The translations under genes and the position numbers were made by a program. A stretch of DNA of 64,000 bases from an uncultured delta proteobacterium (lineage in GTDB: Bacteria; Desulfobacterota; RBG-13-43-22): positions 96,001 through 160,000 of the forward strand of contig CAWBOS010000010.1 in NCBI GenBank assembly GCA_963790475.1. Reading direction: 5' to 3'. Within the stretch, counting starts at the first letter, position 1. Each line of letters begins with the position of its first letter. The notes under the pieces are model-generated. The model had not been told where the DNA came from, did not search any database, and saw only the letters and a list, made by a program, of their open reading frames with translations. This document shows positions 52,999 to 63,402 of the stretch, one piece after another.

Positions 52999-54729
52999 TC
53001 AGGCCTTTTGCAGTTTCCTGGCCTTTTCCACATATTCATCCATTTTCTTCCGGATGGCGATCTTGTCGTATTTGCCCACACTGGTCTTGGGTATTTCATC
53101 GCAGAAAACAATATAATCAGGCAGCATCCATTTGGCGAGTTTTCCCGTTCCCACCCCTTCAGTCTCGAGATATTTAAGGAGATCTTCTTCGGTCTTACCC
53201 GAACCGGGTATACACCGGGCCAGACACAGGGGTCGCTCTCCCCACTTCTCATCCGGAACCCCGACATAGGTGGCTTCCAGCACGAAATCGGCGTTGCAGG
53301 TCAGGTTTTCCAGGAGCACCGTGGGCACCATCTCGGCCCCGCTGCGGATGACATCCGTTATCCGGTCGACGATGATGATGTAGCCCTCTTGATCCACTTT
53401 GGCCGCATCTCCGGTATGGAACCAGCCGTCCCGCCAGGCGGCATTGGTCTTTTCCGGATCCTTATAGTATTTTTCCATTATCCAATGGCCTCTCAAAACG
53501 ATCTCGCCAATGGTCTCATTGTCGTGGGGCACCGGTTTTCCGTTTTCACCCATAACCACAGCGTCAATGGCCGGGTTGGGCAAGCCGGTCTTGACCCTGA
53601 CCTGATCCAGTTGTTCTTTCGACCAGCCAACCATTCCACGTTTGATGGTCGCCCCGATAACACCAGCCAGGGTTTCCGTCATGCCGTAACCGGAGCCGAC
53701 GGTGAACTTCGGAAACATTTTCTCGGCTTTGGCTTTCAGACCCAGGGGCAGGGCCGCGCCGCCGGTCCCGACCGTGGTCAGGCTGCTCAAGTCAAATTTA
53801 TGAAAGTCCGGGTATTCGATAAGCATAGCCAGCATGGTCGGCACCATGGAGGTCGCGGTCACCTTCTCCGTTTGCACCAGATCACAGAAGCTCTCCGGAG
53901 AAAACCGGCCGGGGAGAACGATCCTGGCGGCCGCATAAACATAGGCAAAGGGAGCCTGCCAGGCGTGGATATGGAACAAGGGGACATTGATCATAACCAC
54001 GATCGTATTGGGTGTCGGCGGGTCGTCGGGCAACGTCGGAGTCAGAAATCGAGTGCCCATCGTGTATAAAGTTTGCAAAAAAAGCTGTCGGTGGGTGAAA
54101 AGGGCGCCTTTGGGCAGGCCGGTGGTGCCCGTGGTGTAATAGAGAACGGCCGGGGTATCTTCGTCGAAGTCGGGCCAGTCAAAGGTTGGCGGTTGCTCCT
54201 TTATCAATTCCTCATATTCGTAGAGAGGCTCGATAAGGGTCTTAGGCTTACCCGGCTTTTCGGAGATATAGACGAATTTCTGAACGGTAGCCTTTATCCG
54301 GTCATACAACGCTTCAACCAGGGGCAGGACCGCGTCATCAAAGAACAGGATCTTGTCTTCGGAATGGGTTATGGTGTAGGCCATGTGATCCAGGGAAAGC
54401 CGGATATTGACCGGATGAGACACCGCTCCGGTGCAGGTGGTGGCGTATATGGTCTCCAGGTGCCAGTGGTGGTTTAAAGACATGGTTCCTATGCGGTCAC
54501 CGGGCTGGCCGGGTCTACCAGGGGTTACCCCCAAGGCCTTAAGTGCCTGGGCCAGACGACAGGTGCGTTCATGCCACTGCCGCCAGGTGAATCGGGAATA
54601 TTTGCCGGCATCATTTCTGTAAACCACGCCTATTTCATCCGGATATAAAGACAGCGGCCGCTTAAAACAATTTTTTATGAGCAGCGGGTAATGGATGTTG
54701 TATTCAGGGTAGGTAATTTCCTCAATCAT
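52999..54729 (-). CDS. Fatty-acid/acyl-CoA ligase
   Basis: YTTGTTGLPKG, GYGMTE, WFHTGD, DR..DVIRSG, PKTSVGK. Confidence 0.93.
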   Translation of the reverse strand: MIEEITYPEYNIHYPLLIKNCFKRPLSLYPDEIGVVYRNDAGKYSRFTWRQWHERTCRLAQALKALGVTPGRPGQPGDRIGTMSLNHHWHLETIYATTCTGAVSHPVNIRLSLDHMAYTITHSEDKILFFDDAVLPLVEALYDRIKATVQKFVYISEKPGKPKTLIEPLYEYEELIKEQPPTFDWPDFDEDTPAVLYYTTGTTGLPKGALFTHRQLFLQTLYTMGTRFLTPTLPDDPPTPNTIVVMINVPLFHIHAWQAPFAYVYAAARIVLPGRFSPESFCDLVQTEKVTATSMVPTMLAMLIEYPDFHKFDLSSLTTVGTGGAALPLGLKAKAEKMFPKFTVGSGYGMTETLAGVIGATIKRGMVGWSKEQLDQVRVKTGLPNPAIDAVVMGENGKPVPHDNETIGEIVLRGHWIMEKYYKDPEKTNAAWRDGWFHTGDAAKVDQEGYIIIVDRITDVIRSGAEMVPTVLLENLTCNADFVLEATYVGVPDEKWGERPLCLARCIPGSGKTEEDLLKYLETEGVGTGKLAKWMLPDYIVFCDEIPKTSVGKYDKIAIRKKMDEYVEKARKLQKA

Positions 54730-54752
54730 CGATTAATTCCCCTTTCTTCAGG

Positions 54753-55559
54753 TTAATTCTTTTCAAAAATTTTGGCCCCGATTTCATAAACACGGGTGAC
54801 CTCAGTTAATGACTCGGATAACCGGCCGGAGGCTGCCAAGGCGTCAGCCCGGACCAGGCCACGGGCCGTTTCAGGATCTGCATCGTCAGGTCGGGCTAAG
54901 GTGGTAAGGTCGGCCAGAAAGCGCCGTTCCGCCGCCCGGTTAAGCACCAGATAGGGGAGGCCATCATACCACAACAATCGTTCCTCCAAACTGGCAAAAG
55001 GGACCCGTTTGGTTAGCCTGTCAGCCAGGATCCGGCCGAGGGCTTCAACTCGTTCAAGGGATTCCTGAAAATTGAAACGGGTGACCGGTAATGGTTCTAT
55101 GGCACGCATCTGCATCACTTGAAAAAAATGATACACCGGACGCAGACCGGAAATGAGGCCGTTGCCGGTCCCTCCGGCGATGCTAAGGCCCAAGGCCGGC
55201 AAACCCTTAAGTGGAGCCGATCGGGCAAAAACGCGAAACATTTTCAGGATAAAATATTTGACCATTCCGCTGGTATCCCCCCAATAGACCGGTGTTCCTA
55301 AAACCAAAGCGCCACAATTCAATATTTTTTGACTCAGGAACTGAAAGGCTTCATCATCAAAATTACACTCAAGATTGGTTAGGCAGGTCCAAGGCAGGCA
55401 ATCTCGGCAGGCAGCGACGACATGATCGCTCATCTGAATCAATTCGACAGCGGCACCTGCCCGGCCGGCGCCTTCCAGGGCGGCGGTTACCAACTCATTA
55501 GTCCGTCCTTTCGGGTTGGGGCTTCCAACCAGCCCCAATACAACATCTTCTGATCCCAT
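54753..55559 (-). CDS. Flavodoxin-fold / iron-sulfur flavoprotein-like protein
   Basis: GSP..GRT, CRDC....C.....C, GTPVYWG. Confidence 0.8.
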   Translation of the reverse strand: MGSEDVVLGLVGSPNPKGRTNELVTAALEGAGRAGAAVELIQMSDHVVAACRDCLPWTCLTNLECNFDDEAFQFLSQKILNCGALVLGTPVYWGDTSGMVKYFILKMFRVFARSAPLKGLPALGLSIAGGTGNGLISGLRPVYHFFQVMQMRAIEPLPVTRFNFQESLERVEALGRILADRLTKRVPFASLEERLLWYDGLPYLVLNRAAERRFLADLTTLARPDDADPETARGLVRADALAASGRLSESLTEVTRVYEIGAKIFEKN

Positions 55560-55748
55560 GACACTTTTTCCCTTTCTGTAGTTGCAGAAGAGTTCAGCTC
55601 AAGATAGGAATTGCAAGTTTTACCCTTGCCCTCACTGGGCCAAATGACTATAAGACAGGAAAGGAAATGGGGTCAAGCAGAAAATCAATTAGCCGGCAAA
55701 GTCCGACTTCCTGTCCCCTGATGATCCTCAGGAAGAAAAGATTTGATA

Positions 55749-55777
55749 TTGACATAGGAAATCCTTTCTAACATACT
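55749..55777 (+). promoter_or_regulatory. sigma70 promoter
   Basis: TTGACA-17nt-CATACT upstream of the MFS gene. Confidence 0.65.
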
Positions 55778-55813
55778 CCCAACTTTTGAAGGGTTTTTTT
55801 CTTATTCATTTAA

Positions 55814-56989
55814 ATGGATCAAAGCGTGAAGCGCCATACCGAGCTTAAAGGCCGGGCCCTCATATTTCTCTTTTTCCTTTGGTTTCTCTGGTTCAATAAT
55901 CTGGGCGTCCGGCTCATTTTTTCACCCATCTTGCCGCTGATTGAAGATGAGTTTGCCGTCAGCCATGCCCGGGCCGGAAGTGTTTTTATTTTTCAATCTG
56001 TCGGTTATGGCTTGTCATTGTTTTTTTCAGGATTTTTTTCGGGGAGACTGGGATATAAGAAATCGATCCTCCTCTCCCTGGCGGTTTCGTCCCTGGTCTG
56101 TTTCTTGATCCCTTTGGTCAAAATATTTCCGGCGATTTATCTCTTTTCGTTTTTTTTGGGTTTTTCAACCGGGGTGTATCTTCCCTCGGTGATGCCCCTC
56201 CTCACTGAGTATTTTGATGAAAAAAATTGGGGCAAATCCATTGCCATCCATGACTCGGCGGCCTCGATCAGTATTTTCTCTACTCCCTTCCTGGCTCTAT
56301 TTCTGCTTCATTTTTTTTACTGGCGAGGGATTTTTCCGGTATTTGCCGGGATCTTCCTCCTGAGCACCCTCATTTTCTTTTTTTCAAGTGAGGAGTTCAA
56401 AATCAGACATTCCGAAAAAACCCGACTGCGTGATCTGGTGCGAAGACGATCCCTGTGGATCATGGCCATCTTGTGGATGTTTGCCGGGGGGGCCAATATG
56501 GGGATCTATTTTATCATTCCCCTGTATTTGACCAAAGAGATGTCCTTGAGTATCGGCTATGCCAACACCATTCTGGGGGTATCCCGCTTTGGAGGTATTG
56601 CCGTGGCCATCTTGTGCGGATTTCTGGTTGACCGCTTCAGTCTGAAGAAGATTATGTTTGCCATGCTGTTACTGACCGGTATTTTTACCGTCCTGTTGGG
56701 GATGGCTTCTGTTCGTTGGGTAGGGATTTTTCTTTTTTTACAGGCTGTCATGGTAACCGGTTTTTTCCCTTTGGGGCTGGTGTCCATGGCCCGGATGTTC
56801 GACCGGGAAATCAGGGGCCTGGCCACCGGTGTCACCCTGACGGTCGGGGTTATCCTGGGAGCAGGGCTCATGCCTTATCTCCTTGGTCTTTCCGGTGACC
56901 TGCTCAGCTTCCGTTTTGGTATTTCCCTGCTGGGAATGGCCATTATTCTGTCCACCAGCCTGGTCTTTTCGTTAAAGGAAATTAGATAA
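55814..56989 (+). CDS. MFS transporter
   Basis: Hydrophobic 12-TM pattern; SGRLGYKK, LVDRFSLKK. Confidence 0.9.
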   Translation: MDQSVKRHTELKGRALIFLFFLWFLWFNNLGVRLIFSPILPLIEDEFAVSHARAGSVFIFQSVGYGLSLFFSGFFSGRLGYKKSILLSLAVSSLVCFLIPLVKIFPAIYLFSFFLGFSTGVYLPSVMPLLTEYFDEKNWGKSIAIHDSAASISIFSTPFLALFLLHFFYWRGIFPVFAGIFLLSTLIFFFSSEEFKIRHSEKTRLRDLVRRRSLWIMAILWMFAGGANMGIYFIIPLYLTKEMSLSIGYANTILGVSRFGGIAVAILCGFLVDRFSLKKIMFAMLLLTGIFTVLLGMASVRWVGIFLFLQAVMVTGFFPLGLVSMARMFDREIRGLATGVTLTVGVILGAGLMPYLLGLSGDLLSFRFGISLLGMAIILSTSLVFSLKEIR

Positions 56990-57000
56990 AGGAGGAAATT

Positions 57001-58166
57001 ATGGTATCTGCTATTCGGATCGAAATGAACGTCCCCATGAAAATGCGGGACGGAGTAACCTTGCGCGCCGATGTTTATCGCCCGGATGATAAGGAAAAGC
57101 ATCCCGCCATTATCGTGCGTACACCCTACAGCAAAACCTACAGCCACCACAGCGATTATCTGTCGGCGCATCAGGCCGCGGTCAATGGTTACGCCTTTGT
57201 CGTGCAGGATGTCCGGGGGCGCTTTGCCTCTGAAGGCAGCGGGTTCACTATCGGGGCCGCGGAAGGGCTTGACGGTTACGACACGGTGGAGGGTGTTGCC
57301 GCCGAGCCCTGGTGCGACGGGAATGTCGGCATGGTGGGCTGTTCCTATCTGGGCCGCAACCAGTGGCAGGCGGCCTTTGAAAATCCGCCGCATCTAAAGG
57401 CCATATCACCTTCCGTGATCGGATCGGGGCCCCTGATGGAAACCCGTCTGACCGGGGTTTGTGGGTATGGCCTTCGATACGCTCGACAAATTGAGCAGGC
57501 AGGGCAAAGACGTGACCGAGGCCTTGGCAACCCTCAGGCAAGCCCGCCTGAATATTACCGAGATGTTCGACTATCTGCCTCTGAAGGACCTGCCGATCTT
57601 CAAAATTGAGCACCTGGGCGCCAATTTTCTGGCCCGTCAATCTGAGGCCGTTCCACCGACCATTAAGACCGAGGCCGATCTGGTCTGGCCCTGCCGCAAA
57701 CCGAGTGGCAGCGGTTCTTTTTCCACAGCCAAGGGAAGGCCAATTCCCTGACCGGTAACGGGACTCTGAACCGGGATGCTCCGAGTTCGGAACCGGCGGA
57801 TATCTTGGTTTATGACCCCAGGTTTCCGGTGCCCTCTTTAGGCGGGAGAAATCTTGACCTGGGAACTCTGGTGGCCGGTCCCCTGGACCAGAGGCCGGTT
57901 GAACAACGCCACGATGTGAGGAAATGGTTGTTCCCGGTGAGGTCAATGAATATGTGATCGATATGGCCAACACCAGTAACTGCTTCCGACGGGGTCATCG
58001 TCTGAGGATCGACCTGACCAGCAGCAATTTCCCCCGGATCGATCGCAACATGAATACGGGAAACCCCTTTGGGGAGGATGCGGTAAGCATTCCGGCAATC
58101 CAGACCATTTTTCACCAGAGCGATCATGTGTCTTACATCGATTTGCCGGTGATACCGACGAAGTAG
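57001..58166 (+). pseudogene. CocE/NonD-family hydrolase with several internal deletions
   Basis: MRDGVTLRADVYRP, RTPY, QDVRGR..SEG, GCSYLG; YDP..PVPSLGG and SSNFPRIDRNMNTG in other frames. Confidence 0.88.
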
Positions 58167-58227
58167 GCGTGAGGCGAGAGGCGTGAGGGTTAAGGTTTCT
58201 TTGCCTCAAGCCTCTCGCCTCAAGCCT
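58165..58227. repeat. Heptamer tandem-repeat hairpin; probably also acts as a terminator
   Basis: AGGCGTG AGGCGAG AGGCGTG AGGGTTA / GCCTCAA GCCTCTC GCCTCAA GCCT between convergent genes. Confidence 0.75.
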
Positions 58228-58232
58228 GCTTT

Positions 58233-58991
58233 TTATCCATACCGGCCGGTGATATAGTCGTTAGTCCGGTCATCCCGGGGCTTGGTGAAGATCTGCCCGG
58301 TGGGGCCGAATTCGATCAGGTCCCCCAAAAGCATAAACCCGGTTTCTTCGGAGATTCGAGCGGCCTGCTGCATATTATGGGTGACGATGACGATGGTAAA
58401 GTTTTCCTTAAGCTCCAGCATCAGGCTTTCGATCTTTTCCGTGGCCATGGGATCCAGGGCCGAGCAGGGTTCGTCCATCAGGATAATACGGGACTGCAGG
58501 GCCACGATCCGGGCGAAGCAGAGCCTTTGTTGTTGTTCGAGGGTCAGACTTAAGGCCGATTGTTTTAGTTTATCTTTGAGATTATCCCAGAGTCCCACAG
58601 CGGATAAGGCCTGGGAGGCAATTTGATCCCAGGTTCCTTTTTTCGAAGGTAGCAGGCCATGGACCTTTAACCCGAAAAGAACATTTTCCAGGATGGAGAG
58701 CGGGAAAGGGTTGGGCCGTTGGAAGACCATGCCCACTTCTTTCCGAAGCTGAATCAAATTGGTTCCCGGTTCATAGATATTTCTATCCCCGATCAAGACC
58801 TGTCCTTCTATCCGGACATCGTCAATTAAGTCATTCATCCGGTTGAGACAGCGCAGTAGGGTGGATTTCCCGCACCCGGAGGGGCCGATCAGGGCGGTAA
58901 TGGTCTTTTCTTTGAAAAAGGAAGATACGCCCTTCAAGGCATGGAAAGAACCATAATACAAGTCCAGATTTCTTATGGTGATGGCCGGCAA
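58233..58991 (-). CDS. pstB: Phosphate ABC transporter ATPase (degenerate signature motif)
   Basis: GPSGCGKST, NRMND, VFQRPNPF, MDEPCSALDP; LTLEQQQR in place of LSGGQQQR. Confidence 0.93.
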   Translation of the reverse strand: MPAITIRNLDLYYGSFHALKGVSSFFKEKTITALIGPSGCGKSTLLRCLNRMNDLIDDVRIEGQVLIGDRNIYEPGTNLIQLRKEVGMVFQRPNPFPLSILENVLFGLKVHGLLPSKKGTWDQIASQALSAVGLWDNLKDKLKQSALSLTLEQQQRLCFARIVALQSRIILMDEPCSALDPMATEKIESLMLELKENFTIVIVTHNMQQAARISEETGFMLLGDLIEFGPTGQIFTKPRDDRTNDYITGRYG

Positions 58992-59002
58992 TATTCCTCC
59001 TT

Positions 59003-59770
59003 TTAACCAAATCTTCCCGAAACATAATCTTCCGTTCGTTTGTCCGATGGACTGGTGAAGATCTTGTCCGGAGAGCCGTATTCAATCAGATCCCCCATGA
59101 GGAAGAAAGCCACCTTATCCGAAATGCGGGCGATTTGTTTGGTGTTGTTGCTGACCAGGATAATGGTGTAGTCCTTTTTCAGAGTGCGCAAAGCCTCTTC
59201 AATCTTGGCGGTAGAGATCGGGTCCAGCCCGGAGGTCGGCTCGTCCAGAAGGATGACCTCGGATTGCATGGCCAGGGTCCGGGCCACACAAAGCCGTTGC
59301 TGCTGGCCGCCGGAAAGTTTCAGGGCCGATTCAAACAGGCGGTCTTTGACTTCATCCCAGAGGATGGCGGCCCGAAGACTCTGTTCCACCCGTTCATCCA
59401 GAATCCGCCGATCTCTCACCCCATGCATCCGGGGGCCAAAGGTCAGATTTTCATAAATGGAACGGGGCAGGGGGATCGGTTTGGCAAAGACCATGCCCAC
59501 CCTGGCCCGAAGGAGATTGACATCAAAATTGGGTAACAGGATGTCGTCCTCTTCCAGGAACACCTGCCCCCGGATTAAAATATTCGGGATCAGGTCGGAT
59601 AATCGATTTAAAATCCTGAGCAGGGTGCTTTTCCCACTGTTGGAAGGCCCCATGATCCCGGTAATTTGATTCCTGGGGATGGCCAGGGAGATGGACTGGA
59701 GACAGGATTCCTGGCCATATAAAACCGTAAGATCTTTGATCTGAATTTTATTGGGGGCCTGGTTGGTCAT
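59003..59770 (-). CDS. pstB: Phosphate ABC transporter ATPase
   Basis: GPSNSGKST, LSGGQQQRL, LDEPTSGLDP. Confidence 0.92.
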   Translation of the reverse strand: MTNQAPNKIQIKDLTVLYGQESCLQSISLAIPRNQITGIMGPSNSGKSTLLRILNRLSDLIPNILIRGQVFLEEDDILLPNFDVNLLRARVGMVFAKPIPLPRSIYENLTFGPRMHGVRDRRILDERVEQSLRAAILWDEVKDRLFESALKLSGGQQQRLCVARTLAMQSEVILLDEPTSGLDPISTAKIEEALRTLKKDYTIILVSNNTKQIARISDKVAFFLMGDLIEYGSPDKIFTSPSDKRTEDYVSGRFG

Positions 59771-59797
59771 TAATTATTCCGCAATCTGCCATCGAAA

Positions 59798-60634
59798 TCA
59801 GGAGTATTTTTTCATAAAAAACCGCATGGTCAAATAAGCGCTGATATTAATGGTCAAAATAAGCAGGACCAGAATGGCTGCTGTTCCATAAGCCATTGGC
59901 ATAGAGATCCCTTCACGGGCCAGGATATAAAAATGGACAGCCAGGGTTCGACCGGATTCAAAGATGGATTCCGGAAACCGCAGGGAAGAACCGGCGGTAA
60001 AGATAATGACTGCCGTTTCGCCGATGGAACGGGCAATGCTCAGGACGATACCGGTCATGATCCCGGGGAGGGCCGTGGGCAGGACAACGCGGGTGATAGT
60101 CCGCCATTTGCCCACTCCGAGAGAAAAAGAAACTTCCCTGAATTCCTGAGGGACGGCCAGGATTGATTCTTCCGATGTTCGAATAATCGTGGGCAGGAGC
60201 ATGGCCGATAGGGTCAGGCCGCCGGAGAGAAGGCTCCATCCCCAGCCCAAGGCCATGACAAAAATGGCAAATCCGAAAAGACCCAAAATGATGGACGGTA
60301 TCCCGGCCAGGGACTCGGTCCCGAATCGGATGATCCTGGTAATCAGGCCTTCCTGGGTATATTCGGTAAGATAGATCGCTGTTCCCAGTCCCAGGGGGGT
60401 GGCGAAGAAAAGGGCGATCCCGATTAGATAGATGGTACTGACGATGGTGGCCAATATTCCTCCCGAGCGTCCCATATCGACCGGATTGGTGGAAAGAAAG
60501 GCCCAGGAAATCTGGGGGAGTCCTTTGATGAAAATGAAAATAATGATGAAAAACAGGATGCCGATGGTTGAACCGGTCAGGACCCAGAGCAGGGTCTTGA
60601 TGAGTTTTTGGGTTAGGATGGGATTAAGGCGCAT
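59798..60634 (-). CDS. pstA: Phosphate ABC permease PstA
   Basis: AIYLTEY, LAGIPSI, ARSIGETA. Confidence 0.95.
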   Translation of the reverse strand: MRLNPILTQKLIKTLLWVLTGSTIGILFFIIIFIFIKGLPQISWAFLSTNPVDMGRSGGILATIVSTIYLIGIALFFATPLGLGTAIYLTEYTQEGLITRIIRFGTESLAGIPSIILGLFGFAIFVMALGWGWSLLSGGLTLSAMLLPTIIRTSEESILAVPQEFREVSFSLGVGKWRTITRVVLPTALPGIMTGIVLSIARSIGETAVIIFTAGSSLRFPESIFESGRTLAVHFYILAREGISMPMAYGTAAILVLLILTINISAYLTMRFFMKKYS

Positions 60635-61470
60635 TATTTTTTCCGCATCAAAAGATTGGCCAGGATGTTGAGGGCCATGATGAAGATAAACAAGATGATC
60701 CCGGCGGCAAAAAGGGCGGTTCGATGATCTCCGGCTGAATAGCCCATCTCCAGGGCGATGGTGCTGGTCAGGGTCCGAACCGGATCCACCAGGGAACTGG
60801 GTATCTTCAGGGCATTACCGGCCACCATAATTACGGCCATGGTTTCACCGATGGCCCGGGCCATACCCAGAATGATGGCCGTCACTACCCCGGACCGGGC
60901 GGCAGGAAGAAGGACCAGCCGAATGGCCTGCCAATGAGTGGCCCCCATGGCCAGGGCCCCTTCTTTGTATAACAAGGGGACGGCTTGAATAGCATCGATG
61001 GAAATACTGGTGATCGTCGGTAAGATCATAATAGCCAGGATGATGGAGGCCGCGAGTAAGGACAACCCCGGTCCACCCAGATATTCGCGGATGAAGGGGA
61101 CCAGTATAATGACCCCTAAAAATCCAAAGACCACGGAAGGGATCCCGGCCAGCAGTTCGATAGTCGGTTTCAGGAAGACCAACAAGCGGGGCGGGCAAAA
61201 TTCCGCCAGGGTGATGGCACAGGCCAGGGCCAGGGGCACCCCCAGGATGATGGAGCCGAAGGTCACCGCCAGAGAGGAAATGATCATGGATAAAATCCCG
61301 AAGTGACCTTTGGTCGGCGCCCATTTGGCACTGAAGAGGAAGTCTTTTATCCCCGCCTTCAAGATGATGGGAAGCCCTTCCTTAAAAATAAAAACCGTAA
61401 TCAGCAAAAGAAGCCCTATGGCCGAAAAAGCGAGGAGGGTCAGGAATTTTTCGATGATTTTTTCTTTCAT
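60634..61470 (-). CDS. pstC: Phosphate ABC permease PstC
   Basis: ELLAGIPSVVFG, ARAIGETMAVIMV.GN. Confidence 0.95.
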   Translation of the reverse strand: MKEKIIEKFLTLLAFSAIGLLLLITVFIFKEGLPIILKAGIKDFLFSAKWAPTKGHFGILSMIISSLAVTFGSIILGVPLALACAITLAEFCPPRLLVFLKPTIELLAGIPSVVFGFLGVIILVPFIREYLGGPGLSLLAASIILAIMILPTITSISIDAIQAVPLLYKEGALAMGATHWQAIRLVLLPAARSGVVTAIILGMARAIGETMAVIMVAGNALKIPSSLVDPVRTLTSTIALEMGYSAGDHRTALFAAGIILFIFIMALNILANLLMRKK

Positions 61471-61471
61471 C

Positions 61472-62278
61472 TTAATGGATTCCCACCAAACCTTCTTTTT
61501 CCAGAATTTGCTGACCTTCCCGGCTTAAGACAAAGTCAACAAACTGCCGGGCCAGAGCTGTGGGTTGACCGGGCAGAACGAAGATGAAAGGCCTGGTCAG
61601 GGTATATTGATTGTCTTTGATGGTGGTCACACTGGGGGCGATCGAGTTGACGGCCAAGGCCTTTACTTGATGGTTAATAACACCAAAGGAAATATAACCG
61701 ATGGCCTGGGGGTTATTGGCAATGATTTCCCGGACCGAACCGTTGGAGTCCTGGACCAGGGCCTCATCGGAAATCTCCCCTTTTTTCATAACCAAATTTT
61801 CAAAGGCATCCCGGGTGCCGGACCCTTCTTCCCGATTGACAAAATAAATCGGTTTGTCCACCCAGCCCAGGCGGGACCAGGAGCGAATTTTTCCGGAAAA
61901 AATTCCCTTCAGTTGTTCAAGGGAAATATCAGTGATTGGATTTTGGTGGTGAACAATAACGGCTATCCCGTCTTTGGCAATGATTATTTTAGTTAAGTCG
62001 CTTTCATCAGGATGTAGTTCTCTGGAGGAAGTGCCGATTTGGGCCGCTTTTTCGCGGCAGGCCTTGATCCCGGCGGTCGAGCCCCCGCCTTGGACATTGA
62101 TAACCAGTTTGGGATTCATATCCATATAGATTTCAGCCAGTTTTTCGGCAAAGGGCTGGATGGACGTGGAACCGGCAATCGTTAACGAGTGAGACCTGGA
62201 GGAACCTTTTGAAGAACAGCCTAAAGCCAGTAAAAACACCAATAGGCTAAAGCCAATAAATGACCGTTTGACTCCCAT
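61472..62278 (-). CDS. pstS: Phosphate-binding lipoprotein PstS
   Basis: Lipobox [24 protein letters not shown]. Confidence 0.95.
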   Translation of the reverse strand: MGVKRSFIGFSLLVFLLALGCSSKGSSRSHSLTIAGSTSIQPFAEKLAEIYMDMNPKLVINVQGGGSTAGIKACREKAAQIGTSSRELHPDESDLTKIIIAKDGIAVIVHHQNPITDISLEQLKGIFSGKIRSWSRLGWVDKPIYFVNREEGSGTRDAFENLVMKKGEISDEALVQDSNGSVREIIANNPQAIGYISFGVINHQVKALAVNSIAPSVTTIKDNQYTLTRPFIFVLPGQPTALARQFVDFVLSREGQQILEKEGLVGIH

Positions 62279-62335
62279 AGAAAAATTACCCTATTATAAA
62301 AACCCCGAATTTGGGGCAAAGGTCTTTCTTAGTCC

Positions 62336-62412
62336 TGGTGCGCCCGGCCCGACTCGAACGGGCGGCCTGCGGATTCGAAGTCCGACGCTCTATCCAACTG
62401 AGCTACGGGCGC
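62336..62412 (-). tRNA. tRNA-Arg(TCG)
   Basis: 77-nt cloverleaf GCGCCCG..CGGGCGC-ACCA; loop CT-TCG-AA; A20; encoded CCA. Confidence 0.95.
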
Positions 62413-62577
62413 ACGCAAAGTCACCATACTAAAAATTGGTTTCAAATTCAAGAAAATCAATAGGGTAGGAAAAATTAAAGAAATTCAATTTAAATAGGCA
62501 CTTATTCTTCTTGAAACGGTTTTTAAGGTGTGTTATTTAAAATATCGGGAAAAATTTTTCATCGGGGGGCTTCTTTC

Positions 62578-62874
62578 ATGTTTGTATTCGGGAATCTATT
62601 GATTGCAGTAGCAAAAATTCTGGATATTATTTTTACCCTCTATACCTGGATCATCATTGCCCAGGCGATTATCTCCTGGGTCCGTCCCGATCCCTACAAC
62701 CCCATTGTCAGATTCCTCTATGCAGTGACCGAACCGGTGTTAAGGCCCATTCGTCGTTATCTTCCGGTGTCCTGGGGAGGATTTGATTTTTCACCGCTGA
62801 TCGTTCTCTTGGCCGTTGTCTTTTTACAGGAATTTCTGATCAAAAGTCTGATTCAATTGGGTTATAGAATGTGA
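62578..62874 (+). CDS. yggT: YggT membrane protein
   Basis: SWVRPDPYNPIV, TEPVL.PIRR, DFSP. Confidence 0.93.
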   Translation: MFVFGNLLIAVAKILDIIFTLYTWIIIAQAIISWVRPDPYNPIVRFLYAVTEPVLRPIRRYLPVSWGGFDFSPLIVLLAVVFLQEFLIKSLIQLGYRM

Positions 62875-63233
62875 GGAAGTATTACAAAAAACATATAAAT
62901 TCAATTTATTACCAACCATCTCTCCCCCTATACTTGAAGCTTTCCTCAAAAGGAATCATTCTTAATATCCGGGTTCAGCCCGGGGCCAGAAAAACAACCT
63001 GGGCGGGAGTCCACGGCCAGGAACTGAAGCTAATGGTCCAGGCCCCTCCGGTGGAGGGAGCTGCCAATCAAAGTTGTCTTTCCTTCTTAGCCCGCTGGTT
63101 TCGAGTGAAGCAGTCCGAGGTCGTACTGCTTAAAGGAGGGAAATCCCGTTCGAAGGTTCTTCTGCTGAAAGGTTTGACTTTGGAAAAATGCCTGTCCCTT
63201 ATTCCAGGCCAAAATCCAGATCTGCCGGACTGA
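62871..63233 (+). CDS. DUF167/YggU protein (true start possibly TTG 62934)
   Basis: VQPGA, APPVEGAAN, G.KSRSK. Confidence 0.88.
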   Translation: MRKYYKKHINSIYYQPSLPLYLKLSSKGIILNIRVQPGARKTTWAGVHGQELKLMVQAPPVEGAANQSCLSFLARWFRVKQSEVVLLKGGKSRSKVLLLKGLTLEKCLSLIPGQNPDLPD

Positions 63234-63402
63234 AGGCGGGGAAATAATCCTCTGCCAATTCCATTTCAAACCATTGTTTCTTGGCCAGGGCACATCGGAT
63301 ATTTAAAGCACAATATTTCAAGCAGATCGGGTCGATCCGATTAAATTGGCTAAAACAATCAAAACGGCCGTGCAATTGTTGGGCGGTAAAGAGCTTCTTC
63401 AT
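63199..63402 (-). CDS. Small Cys-rich hypothetical protein
   Basis: RBS AAGGAGG; C-x10-C-x3-C-x5-C. Confidence 0.55.
   Translation of the reverse strand: MKKLFTAQQLHGRFDCFSQFNRIDPICLKYCALNIRCALAKKQWFEMELAEDYFPAFSPADLDFGLE

Noticed and set aside
62336-62412. tRNA as an integration site for an island or prophage
   Set aside because: No duplicated tRNA 3' end or intact integrase found in the window
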